Assembly (NCBI GenBank): GCA_036172245.1
Contig: JAYWIR010000017.1
Location: 372,001 to 436,000 of the forward strand
Direction of reading: 5' to 3'
From: Raillietiella orientalis
Lineage: Eukaryota
DNA length: 64,000 bases
Under the pieces are notes generated by a model. That model had not been told where the DNA came from and searched no databases. It saw only the letters and a program-made list of their open reading frames with translations. The position numbers and the translations under genes are program-made. Each line of letters begins with the position of its first letter. The first letter of the stretch is position 1. This document shows, piece after piece, positions 27,746-39,729 of this stretch.

Positions 27746-28447
27746 GACTGTTCGTCGCCACCCAGACACACTTCGCACTTCCGGCTTTTCACTCGCCCAC
27801 GGCGCGCCATTACCATACTTGGGTGCAGGCGCTTACCGTTCTGCTGGAGCTCAGCCTCGGAAAGAGATGTTCCCGCAACCAACATCCACAGCTCCTATGG
27901 ATGACCCGCCCCCCCCTCCCGCGAGACCTGCGATCGATTGACGGAGCTTTCTAGAGTAGGGAGACCCACTTTCCCGATGGAGCGACTTTCCAGCGGTGCC
28001 ACGAGAACCGCCAGCCGAAATGGTGCTCATTGCTCCCAACAATCAGCTCACCTGATTGCTGGCATTGTTGTTTCCCGCCATCAACAGAACTTCCAGAACG
28101 GAATGAGAAAGTCCAAATTTTTGAATGCCACACGTTCTAAAGTCCGAAAGCAAGAAACCGATTGGGAAAACAAACACACTCCACACATACGTAAAAGTGA
28201 CAAGAAGAAGGACCGTTCTGAACGGTTTCAGCTTTCGTAAAGGAGAAGTATTCCGCCTCATAAGTTTTTCATCTTTTCGGAGTTTGGCGTTTGAGTGTTT
28301 AGATACTCTTGAATTTCCTCAGATGACCTTTCATCTGTAGAAACGAAAAGTTTCCAGTTTGCGAAGTAAGAAAAATCATTTTAGAACACTAAAAGCAGTT
28401 CTCATGGATCTGTTGCTTTAGAACACCCTAATCCGACCATCCTTATC

Positions 28448-28495
28448 TGCTTGTTGTGGCAGGCGTTTTTGAAATGGCGCCTGCCACAACAAGCA
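28448..28495. repeat. Perfect 18-bp inverted repeat with 12-nt spacer
   Basis: tgcttgttgtggcaggcg (28448-28465) and cgcctgccacaacaagca (28478-28495) are exact reverse complements. Confidence 0.95.
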
Positions 28496-30899
28496 CGTTT
28501 GAAATGACATGTACGTCAGACTTGTTCTGTGGGAGGCAATTCTGTACACAGAGAATTTCAAAGATTCAAAATTGATAGTTTTTTTTTTTTTTTTTTAAAA
28601 AAAAATCTTTCTGTTAAGTTACGTAAGTGAATCTCAATTTCACCGGGAGTCTACTTTTTTTTTTTGAAGGAGGGCTGAGTTATTTGTCTAGGGTTTGTCG
28701 ATGTTGGAGATGGAGTCATGGACAAATAAACACGAGACGTGGAAGAAAGGGCTTCTTTCATTGAAAAACAACGATTGCATCTATAAAACACGAAAATAAC
28801 AAACCATTACGTAAGGGAAGCAAACAGATTGGAGCTTCGAACAAAACCTGAATCAGTAATCTCTGAGTTGGACCAAATTTTGAATTTTCCAAGTTTTCTT
28901 ATTCACAACTACATTAAGTGAGTTATTTATATCCAGATGCGAAAAGCTCACTTCTTTTTTCACATTTAACGCAGATAACAAGAACATAAACCAAGTGGGT
29001 ATTAATCTTTATTCGGTGTTGATGGGTGAAATATTTTTGTTAGGTATAAATGAAAAGTTATTAATTTTTAGTGTTTCATTCTTTACCATTAGGGTCGCCG
29101 ACTAGGACCTACGTCCCAATGAGATTTCCACATCTGCCTCCCATGCAAAGATGCTTGCACTGGGAGTGGGCAGAACGACTTTGGCCACAAAGGGGTTAGT
29201 CTGTTTCCGTCTTCGCGTTTTCAGGATGGTGGGGCTCTTGAGAAGTGCCTCTCTCGCCGGCTACCAAACAGAGCACGCGCATTTTCAGGACTTGCCATTC
29301 TACAGCAATAGGATGTTTTTTTTTTTTCTAATGGAAAGGACAGGTCTTATACAACTCAGCAACAGTAAGAGAGATGGATTTCTCCCTGAGTGAATCACCA
29401 GCCTGTAAATCAGTGAACTCGAGCCGAAGATTTTAAGGAGCTGTCGCAAGCTGCACGGAGCACGAAGGAACCGCAGCGCCATCTTGAATCCTATCAAATC
29501 CTGCAATTCTGTTGTCGAACCGCTTGTGCGAGAGGTGGTTGACCGGCTTCGCGTTTCTTCAGCCAAGATCCACCCCTTCCCCGGACCTCCCGGGTTCTCA
29601 GTGCACGATCCCCGCCGGCGGCTGCGCTTCCTGGTAGCCTGTCTGGAGGAACAGCGGGGCACGACATTCGTCGCCTAGGAACATCCCCCCCTGGAAAGGT
29701 GGCGAGGCATACAAAGTGGTGGTGGACCAGCACGCCCTGAGCCACAGCGCTGCTTTTTCGGAAATTTGTAGCAGCGGCTTATGCCAACAGACACGGGGCG
29801 AGGCCTCTTCAGCAAAATACGAACGTTCGCATTCCCGGTGGAGGGCACGCAGAATGCCAGCGGGCATTTCGCAGCCTTCTCGCGAGCTGGCTCTTCCAGT
29901 CGAGGTGGTTGCCACTGCCCTCTGCCCAAGCCGTCGTACCGGCTCCAGCACGTTTCGCAGGTGAACATTGGCTGACGCTTTGCACCACCATCTCGCTCGT
30001 GGCGACCTCGGCTCGGCTCGCCTCCGTTCTGTCCGCAGTGCTCCCCACACGTGGTCTTTTGGTGGGTTCCAAGCACCGCAGCATCCGACGACGATGGCTG
30101 GCACCGAGCCGGATGCTGATGAAGCAAAAAATGCTCGTTGCAATTCTTTCCTCACCCTGGAGACTTCCAGGGTCCCCGAGCTGCTTCCCAGGGTTACCTC
30201 TCTCCATCGAGTCCGCAACGCAAGGTCAGATCGGAGTGAAGTGCGCCCCTGGGATCGTTCGTCTGGGTGCGATCAGCTTTCCGTGTTCTGCTGCCATTCT
30301 TTCGCAGTTGATTGACCAAGTGTCAGCTTGCAGGCATGACCAGATGGTTGCCGTTCACCATGAAGTCGTTCGCAATAGGCTGAAGGGGCCACGTGCGTAA
30401 GCGCGTGAGGGACACACCACTGGTAGTTTTTTTTTTTCCCACTCCCCCTTTTTGTTCGCTTTTCCGGAGGCTGCCGCCGAAGTCTAGCAACTTCTTCTTC
30501 CTTCTGGACCGCGGATGCTGCGGGGATGCGGAGCGTTTCACACGCTCTCTCGTCTTTTGTTGTCTTTCATTTCCACCTGTTTGCAGCACGAGAACGGAAG
30601 AATGCGTTTCACGCAACTACGCATCGCGAACGCAGGATGCGCCTGCAGAGGGCGGACTACCGGCAGCGACTCAGTGGCGGGCGTGGTCGCATCTTCATAG
30701 AGCAGGAAGAGCCAAAGTTGCAGCGATCGGGGCACAGTCGACGCCTCCACTATTAGGCTCTCTCCTTGCTCTCAGCATCCATAAAGCACATTCTCCCTCT
30801 TGCATCCCGCTATCCCAGCACTATCCCGATTCCTTTCCAGACTGGCAGAAAAACGGACAAACGATTTTCTGAGAATTGTCATGTGGAGTAAACAAAGGT

Positions 30900-32230
30900 C
30901 CTAAGTTCAGCTGAACGACTTACGTGCTCCGCATCGGGATAGCTGCCTCAGCCTCTTGACGCTGGAGCGGGTGGAGGTTCAGCCAGCTAAGATGGAGAAC
31001 GACAGTCACCGCTGCGAGGTACTGGAGCACCCTCTGGTGCATTTCCGCAACTCGGCTGGCAAGTTGCCGGAACCGAAGGACTCTCATCTCACCTTTCGTG
31101 CTCCAGGAGGAAGGTGAGAAAGTGTGGACTCCTCCTTGGGCAAATGGACACCATAGCTGCAGCCTCGCCAGCTCCAGCGTCTGGCTAGAAGAAGCCGCTG
31201 ATTTGGGCGGAGTGAAAAGAGTCCAGCTCGGAGCAGTGGAACTGCCTGTGACTCAGCATATGTGCGGAGAGATCGTGCGGAGTCCCAGCATGAGCGCGTG
31301 AGCGAAGCGGACCACCCTCGTCGCAATGACGTCTTTCTTGAGGAAGGCATTTGGCAGCAGCCAACTGACGAGGTGGGAAGTCCCCTGAGAGATTGCAGGC
31401 AGGAAGAAGAAACGAAGTGAATGGACCTCGGGGTAGCTGGCGGATGCTATTACCCCAAGTGCCTTTTCACGAGGAGTTCAAAGCTGAGAGAGCTGCTCAT
31501 GTTCTTTGCGAAGACTGGAGGTGACCCCAGTGTTCGTGGACAGCAGCACCCTATCCTTGAAGTGGCAGCAGTTAGCACTGCTGCTGTGGCAAGGGAGTCT
31601 TCCCGCAACTCCCGCCAACACCACTGAACACTGGGAAGTGCGAGTCCGAACTGTCGCAGGTGTGAGGAATAGGAATCTCTCCCGCACCTGCCCGTGGATC
31701 CCGGCCCCTGTGGTAACGTTTCGGGACGGCCCTGCGGACTCCGCTTATCAAACCCAGGAACGTTTTACGGCTTTTCTTTTCGCGGAATGTCCTACAGCCA
31801 ACCGGAACCCTAGCAGCTTCATGCTGCACCCGTGGCATTGTGGCAGCCTGGAGCGAGACTGAAGGAGGACCGCCCGAAAGGGATGCCATCGACTGTGCAC
31901 TCCGCGTTTTGCGGATAGCAGCAGGAAGGCCCCACCACGGTGCTATACAGACAGATCTATCCGGGGCATCCTAGAAAGGATACAAAGGACTCCCTCCAGT
32001 GAACCCTGATCTCCCCCAGCCCTAAATAGTGTTTTTTATTTATTGTTAATTTATTTTTGATTTTAGTCTTCTTTTTGTTTTTTTCTCCCCACTGCTGCCG
32101 AGGTGAACCTTGCTGGTCTGCGAACCGGTTATCCGGCAGGTCCGCTGTCAATCGGGGCGTGGTAACACCACGCGTGCCCTGCCACAAGAGCTGTAGTTTA
32201 TTGTCACTTTCAATAAACGCCCCGTCGTTA
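30900..32230 (+). mobile_element. 5'-truncated L1/Tx1-like LINE copy with a decayed zf-RVT region and 3' UTR
   Basis: PVFVDSSTLSLKWQQLALLLWQGSLP matches PVLMNTSTLPLKWQESALLLQHWGLP (40577 ORF); shared 3' UTR motif at 32095-32139 and aataaacgcccc at ~32212. Confidence 0.75.
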
Positions 32231-33399
32231 CCTCCAGGCAACACCATCTTCATTTTCCGGGAAGAAAGACGAAAAATTTCGTTCATTGTCAAATGGGCAC
32301 GTCAGCCCCCAGGCGTTGCAGCGGCTCAGTGCTCCGGAGCGCCCACTACTTTCTCATTTTCTTTCATGTAGCGGATTCCCGAAAAAGAAAAGAAAGGCAA
32401 CGCGCGTCTCCGAACGGGGCGTGCGCAGCACCTACACAGATACGACCACGGCCGATGGCTGAGGGCCGGTCAGGATGTTCCGGGTTTGCGCGTTAGGGTA
32501 GGAGGTGGTGGTGTGGAGGCATCTGCACCGTTTCCTCCAGCGCACTGGTTTCAGAGGCGTCCTCAGGAGTGGGACTCCGTTCTCCCTTGCCACCCCACAC
32601 GCGTTCAACCGCCTCTGGAACCTTGGGGAAAAAGAAGGGGAAAAAACATGAAAAAAACGGAAAGCGCGCATGCTCAGACTCATCTGCTTCCTGTGCTGCC
32701 TGGCGACCACCGCCGCCGCTGCACCCAGTGCGCACAAAAGGAGGTTCTTTCTGGAAAACATTCCTCCTGTTTCTTTTACCGGGTGATTTGAGCATTCTAC
32801 TCTTCTGCTGAATTTTGTTTTTGTCTTCCTGACCTCGTTGAAATGTTTCCTAGACAACGTGACGGTGGCGAGAGTCGTCTCTGGAAGTGAGTACTCGCTG
32901 TCGCTTTCCACCGAGAAAGACAAGGCCTCTGAAGTGATTTCTCCGTCTAAAAGAGGTAGGCCCCTTCGCTTCCTCTTGCTGAGCATCTTGTGGAGAAGAA
33001 TACGGCTGAGTCCCACATTCCTGAAGGAAAGGAACCCAACCGTCGCTCCCACTTAACGTGATCAGGGATCTCATGTTCCCCTTGTCCACAGGGACGCTCT
33101 CGATTTCGATTCCGAGCTCTCCAGTCGCCCCTTTCAAAGGAAGGTGGTCCATCTTACAGGAGATCTTGGGCCGTGGGCTATGTACGACCGCATCTCTGCA
33201 GTCTGAGAGGGTATCCCTCTGGTTACTCCTACCATGGCGACATGGAAAGCGCAGAATGGATGAAAGAGGAAAGGAGAGAGGTTTGGCGATCCAGCATTCT
33301 TCATCACTTGCGTGCGTCCCGCTGAAGAGCCAAGAGGATGCCACACCGCCAGCTTCCCGGAAGTGACGCGAGGAATCGCTCCCTCTCTGCAGGATCTGA

Positions 33400-34130
33400 T
33401 CGCTCGGTGACGCCGGGGTGTTTCCCATATAAAAATAAGCACACAACTCGGGAGCACCATTCCCGAAACAACAGCAACAACAACAAAGAATTTCGAAGGG
33501 AGAGTTTACCTACACGCAGGTCCTTTGCTGGAGCAGTCCGAAGCGGAAAGGGAGGAAGCAATAAACAAAGAAACAAGGGAAGGTTTGGGACGGATGTCTG
33601 TGATTTGAGTCGCCTTTTTCTGCTTAGTAACGGCTCAGAATTGCCGGAGATCTCCGACCTGATTTCTTCTCCTAGGTGAGGCCGCCCAGACGCCGTCTTC
33701 CTGCCGCACAGGTAACCTTCCTTTTGCTGTGCCCGAAAGTCCAACGAACAGCGGGCAGCGACGATAGCGAGGGTGCAGCACGTCGTCTCCATCGCGGCAC
33801 CTGGAAGTCCTTAGCAGCGTTTCCCAGGTGCAGGAGTGCTGAAGCCAGCCTCCGCCAAAGTTTCTCGAGGGCATTACAATCCAGCGAGAGATGCGGGAAC
33901 GATTCCATCGTTCCCGCATCCGCCTGAAACCATTCAGGGATGCACAATCACCTGGAAACCAGTGCCCTCGCTGGTTGCAATGAAGACCCCAGCGCAGTAA
34001 CCACAAAACATCCCCTTTCCACTTCAGGGAACAGGAGAGTGCTGACTCACACCCCTGTGCGTGAACAGGGACAGAGAGTTCTTCAGGGGTCACTACCAGC
34101 AACTCGATCCACGGAAGAGTCACTTCTCCC
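33400..34130 (-). mobile_element. L1/Tx1-like LINE 3' fragment (zf-RVT region)
   Basis: LKWKGDVLWLLRWGLHCNQRG and ESFPHLSLDCNALEKLWRRLASAL are close to the 27005-27418 ORF; frameshifted. Confidence 0.75.
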
Positions 34131-34224
34131 GATGACTCGGAGTGTCGACATTCACCAGCTCACATGCCTTCCGGCCGCTTAAGGGTCTGTTTACTCCTGT
34201 ATTCATGATGAATAACCCCCATCT

Positions 34225-34328
34225 CCCGTTCTCGACATCGACCCTTTCCCCGGATGGGTTTCGAACCCGCAAATGCTTGGTATCACGCGCAAAGACCGCA
34301 GCAAACGACCACCAACGCGGTCCATGGT
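34225..34328 (-). mobile_element. Isolated tRNA-like head of the SINE-like family (copy F)
   Basis: Minus-strand gctgcggtc...taccaagc...tgcgggttcgaaaccca.ccggggaaa closely matches the head at 63490-63555; contains a B-box (GGTTCGAAAC). Confidence 0.75.
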
Positions 34329-34689
34329 GTGCATCTGCGTGCATCATCCTTCCGCGTACGTTGACAGCGTAGGACTTTTATTGTTGCTGCTGCGCTGCTT
34401 ATACAGGATGCGGGCATGCAGGATTTGGCTTCCAGCTGAGGTTACTTACCTCTCTCTACCTTGGAAGCCTACCCTTGGATCCCCTGCCGCCCACGCAATT
34501 TGGATGCCTGGTAGGCAGGAGGAGTCCGTGACCTGGGCTGCCACACTGGCAAGGAGCTTGGAAATACTTCTTCCCCTGTGCTCTCTCCACAACCTTCATC
34601 TGGGCTCTTCTGCAGAACTCGATGGAGTCTGACCATTCGGCTGCCACACCCGCTGCCGCGGCTCCTTCTGCCCTACGCCAAGCAGCGTC

Positions 34690-35367
34690 AGTTGCCTACC
34701 TGCGAGTACGTCGTGGGTATCGAGTCCCCCTCCACCGATGCAGCATTGGCAGTATCCGGATGCTCCCGTTGTCTGGCTGGAATTCGAAGTTGACCCTCCG
34801 GGTTCCTTCAGGAACCAAAGAGCCGGTTGGTTCCCTTCGGATTTATTCCCTGCCGGTTGTGCAAATGCAGACGTACCCCCTCCACCCTTGGGGGAGGACC
34901 CTCCATCGCGTACCATGGAGCTGCTCCCTTCGAGAAATCCAGAGAAATAGTGAAGCGTCCCTTCGGGGTTCTCTTTACAGGGGGAAGCAAGGAGAGTTTC
35001 CCTTGCGGGTTCCCTCCGGAACAGAAATTCCTACTAGCGGATCCTTTCGGGGCTCCCTTCGGAGAAGTTGGAATGGAGAGGACAGGTCCTCCCCATTAGG
35101 GGGGTGTCCTTCCGGACAGAATGAGGAAGGAGATTCTCTTCGGGGTTCCCTTCGGAGACAACCAGGGTGGAGGGTTCCCTTCGGGGTTCGCTCCCAAGTG
35201 TGAGAGGAACGGACCTTCCTGAGTCCATAGGGTGACCTCACAGGAGTTATTTCGGAACTTGAAAAGTTACACGTACCGTCGGGTAGGGTAAACTGTCAAA
35301 GAGCTTAGTGAGTTCCCCCTGAGGAGGCAAACAGTTCTTCAGCACTCCTTGAGAACCAAAAAAAAAG
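34690..35367 (+). mobile_element. SINE-like family copy B (lacks the first tRNA module), A-tailed
   Basis: Long near-identical blocks shared with 43940-44420; multiple TTCG-loop hairpins; ends ggcaaacagttctt...gaaccaaaaaaaaa. Confidence 0.85.
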
Positions 35368-37992
35368 AAGCAAATCACATCAGCTAGTCTTCCCATGTCC
35401 AGGAAAAATAACATGGTGATTATCTTCCTAACGCTTAACCTAGCCTCAATGCAATGATGGCTGTTATTCAGGACTTACGTGTGCATTGTATCCTTTAGCA
35501 ACAGGTTAGTTTGAATCAAGAATACTGAAGGTTAGCATGGATGTTGAAGAAGTGATGCACGCTACTATGTCCTCAGCAATAGAATCCTCAATGCACACAG
35601 TGGAAAGGAAAAAGAAAAAAAAAAGACCATTCCTGTTCTGAACACAAAGAGCGGAAAGTCCCCTGTAATTTGCAGACTGCGGCACCTGTAGGATTGGAAG
35701 ACCACTGCATCCTGCCTCCTTGTTGAGGAAAAGGAAATTTCGTGGATCTTCTCCCGCGAAGTTTCTGATAGGGTGGTCCCATTAACCACCAACAGGTGGT
35801 TGTTTTCTCGATGTACACACACAAAAAATTCCTAATCACTCCACAGCTGCGAGGGTCCACGTTCGACTGCTTTTCTGTTGTCTCCCATGCTAGGGGAGTG
35901 CACGGCAGGGACTGCCCTGCCCGGCTCTTGATAAATCATCAAATCGATTCCCGCTATAGGAAACTGCCTTATGGAGGATGTTCGCACTGGTCAGAGAAAG
36001 AAACGGCGATCAACCAGGTCGGGTGGGGAATAAGAGCTCAGCAGCCGGATGTCTCAAAGGAATGCCTACTCATCTTGTCTTCGTGCAATGCCGTGCCACG
36101 CAACCTTGCAACTTCTGTCCTCTCTTCACGAGACGGCCCTACCAGGAGCAGGGACCCTGACTTTCCATTTCACCAAGACGGAGAAGAGCCATTCTTTCCT
36201 CCATCTCTTTCCTCGCATCGATTGAAAATGATGTTTCTCCCGATCATCTGTGTGTGCATCAGCAAGCGGAATCTAAACGTGAAACACAAGAGCAAAAAGA
36301 GTTCACACAAACTCTGAACAGTCGTGATCTTGCAGGTGAAGGGTCTGATTTCGAAGCATCCGACCTATGCTTTCTTTTCCGGACTTTTTGCTTGCGGCTG
36401 ACAAGCGGCAACAGAAGCTGCCTTGCTGAATTTGTTTCAGTAAGAGGTAAGAGTACTACAGTGAGGTAAGCAAAGAAGATCCAACTTTGATGTCCATGTT
36501 CTAAGAATGTAAAACGACTTCGTGGGTTTTTGGATGAGTCTACAAAGTCTCCTCTCTCAGCTGCCTTTTAAAATTGATTGTGTGTGTGTGTGTTTTTTTG
36601 GGAACGAGTTCTTCACATGGGATGAAAATAAAAGTTTATTGAAACTTCGTTTGGTTGACTTGTGTTTCTGAGTTTCTGTTATTCAGCTGCTGTTTCCGAT
36701 GTTTTCCTGGATCCACACGTCCTCTTTGATAAGCTAAATCCAGCTTAGTTCACAGTCAATAACGTTCAGAATGTGATCTTGCACATGCATCTGTGATTCG
36801 TAGAGATAGCTATGACATGGTATTTAACCAAACGTGTATCTTCTCTAGAAGGAAATAAACCTCTTCAATGGCTGTGTTGCTTATTTTTGGTTTTTCGGTA
36901 AGTTTAAAATCCTTCATAAGCATCTTGGAAGGAAAACTGAGTACCAATTGCCAGTAACACGGTAGAATAACTGTTTTGTAATATAAGCATAAATGTAAGA
37001 GCAACTGTTTGCATTCTTTTCATTCTATTTTTCTACTACCGTAGATATCCTTTGCTTTAAATTTGGGAAGCCCTATGTAGTTATATTGGTACAGATACTC
37101 ATCCTTTACACAAAGCTTGCTAAAGCAGGCATTGCTCATAAGCTCATGGGTTGAGAGATTCTTCATCTTCGCTTCCTTTCATTGCTTAGATCCAGGCCGA
37201 TAGTGAAATGGGTACTTTGATCCCGTGTCCTCATTGAAAAGTACTCGCGAACACACAGAAACAAGAGAAAATGACAACGATCAAGCTCTTGCGGTTCGAA
37301 AAGTCCTGCCTCCAAATCAGAATTCTTCATCAAGACGTAAAGAAAATGGGGCATCATCTTCCAGCAACAGAGGAAAGACAACGGTGAGGTCTCACAGTTA
37401 CAATGAATTAATAAGGGAGTTTCATGAGTGCCATGCAGAATTTTATTCATTCTGTTTCCTTCTCATGTTGAAATTTCAGAACTCCGATCACAAGGAATTT
37501 TTTTTTAATAATCGAGAAATGAAATTCGATGTTTGCTTTGCTTAGAGGCGTGGCGAAATTCGATCCAGCAGCGAATAACAGCGGCAGAGAGAATGGCAAA
37601 CAGTAATTATCCGAGGTCATGTGTTTAGCTTAGATTAGAGCGCAATGGAATTAGTCAACGAATATTAAATTCACCAATGTTAAGTAAACATCTGTTTCTT
37701 AGATGGACACGGAAATTAGTTCGAACTGAGAGATCTTCAAGACTGGACGTGCCCGATGGCACCAATGATCTAGCATCCTAGAAATTTGGTGACAGTCTAG
37801 TAACAAAAAACACCAAAAAAAAAAAAAGCTGAAGTATTGAGCCTGAAGTATGAAGAAACGCGAGTAAATCCAGAAGCAGACGTAAGCAGGAACTGTCTCG
37901 ATTTTTTTTGCATCACCAATGCATGGCATTCACTTATTCAATGTGTTTATGCGTTGTGAAATCTGTTAGAAGCGGAAAATCTAAGAAGAGTA

Positions 37993-38866
37993 GACGTTGA
38001 CGAAGAAGATTCAGGCAATCTCTTTACAGTGTCAGAATATGGGGTCTATGTTTATTTAGAGTTCCTGGAGAGGCAACATCGCGTGAAACTTTCTTAATGG
38101 TCAAAACGCAACTTCTGCGGTGAAAGCAATTTTGGCCGACTGGTTGGGTGATGTTCATTTGAAATTCGGTTTGCTTCCTGAAACCCCACATACGTGTGTA
38201 GATATTTTGGACAGTTGCATGCAGAAAGAACGCTCTGCAGAGATGCCCAAACTACAACTAATTGCCATCACTCCTTTATTCATTGCTTCCAAATGTGAGG
38301 AAATGTAACCACCCAGCATCACTGACTCTGAGTATGTTACACACACAAAAAAAAATTAATTCGAAAAGTGATATTTACAAAATGAAGCTCCACATGCTGA
38401 AAACCCTAGAGTTCCGTCTCAAGAAACCACTTACTATTCATTTTTTAAGAAGAAACGGCAAGATTGGGGTGACTGTTTATCCAGTGTGCATGCTCTTGCA
38501 AGGTACATCTTAGAATTAGCGCTGGTTGAATTCCAAGATGTACTGGTTGAATACAATATGTGTTCATTGCCTGCATTTTTACAAGCTGCTGCTGCAACAT
38601 GTTCGACTATCTATTTCTTCGTTGCAAGCTTTGAAAAAAAATTCTGCCAGCATGGGTCACCTGTTCTCCAAGAATATACTGGTTACACTTTGCAGGAAAT
38701 CATTCCAGTTGTGAAACAAATGGCAGTTGATGTATGGTCTGCCTCTCTTGAATCTGTTCAAGCGGTACGGCTAAATTATTCAAGCTCTAAATTGAATAGT
38801 ATAAGCTCATTACCTCAACTGCAGGATCAAATCTACGTGCTATCTCCGAGCTCTTATAGCACGTGA
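37993..38866 (+). pseudogene. CycB: Cyclin B pseudogene (cyclin box with a premature stop and frameshifts)
   Basis: DVDEEDSGNLFTVSEY...VKAILADWLGDVHLKFGLLPET...KLQLIAITPLFIASKCEEM* (TAA at 38306-38308 where Tyr is expected), then LKTLEFRLKKPLTIHFLRR and HALARYILELALVE...LQEYTGYT in other frames. Frameshifts near 38090, 38350 and 38487; no introns in this span. Confidence 0.9.
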
Positions 38867-39729
38867 CCTATGCTTGGCTCCTGTGTTTCAGCCAGCACAC
38901 TCGTGAATCCACGAATTCTCCTCATTAAGGTTTCAATATGCTTGAAATTGCGTGAGGATGGAACCTCATGGAAAGTTAAAGAAACGCTAATTAAAAGAAG
39001 TTACGAGAATACATCTGCAAACACGATCATCTTCAGATATGCACCTTTAATCTACCTGAACCCTCAGAGGGCATTCAAAGTTTGCGTTGCTATTAACAGC
39101 AATTAATTCCTCAGTTACTTTGTACATATCTTTTCGTTGCTGCACTGTTTGCTTACGTGCATGTGGTAGTGGCAATGGCCGCCTTCCAAAACACCAATGT
39201 TAAACATTGAGTGTGCTTTTTTTTATAAAGAAAGATCGTGCAAGATAACTTGACGTTTTCTTTACATGTTTGAATCTGTCTTTTTTTTTTTTTTTAAAGT
39301 GTGTGTCGAGCATTCTAACGAAGGTGGTAAGACTGGTTGCTGGAGAGTATTGCACGAAACGGATAATAATTTCAAGAATCCTCTTCGAGTGATTTCGGAA
39401 CGAAGAATTGTCTGTTATGCCTCGGCTTGGCTGGGAATCTTTTGGATGCCATGATCGTTACTCTTTGATAATCCTAAGCATGTTAAAACTATATTTTTTT
39501 TTTTTTTTTTTTAAAAAAAACAGTTCCAAGCTGTGAGAGACCATCCGAAGACTTTTTCGCCTTCTCTGCAATATCATGTCCCACTTTCGAGTTGTCTTTA
39601 GCTCTCATCACATGTGGCATCTCGTAGGCATAGAAGCCTCGTTTTGTTTCTCGCTTAGTCTATCAAGAAAATAATCTCAAGGAACTTTACTTTTTATTGG
39701 TGCTGTGCTTTACTGTTTTATTGGTGCTG

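Noticed and set aside
29400..30400. Minus-strand LINE endonuclease/linker remnant
   Set aside because: GC-rich and probably TE-derived, but the motif matches were too weak to assign.
34950..35200. CRISPR-like array of recurring palindromic cccttcgggg units
   Set aside because: The units are short, irregularly spaced and variable, the intervening sequence is shared between copies, there are no cas genes, and the context is eukaryotic.
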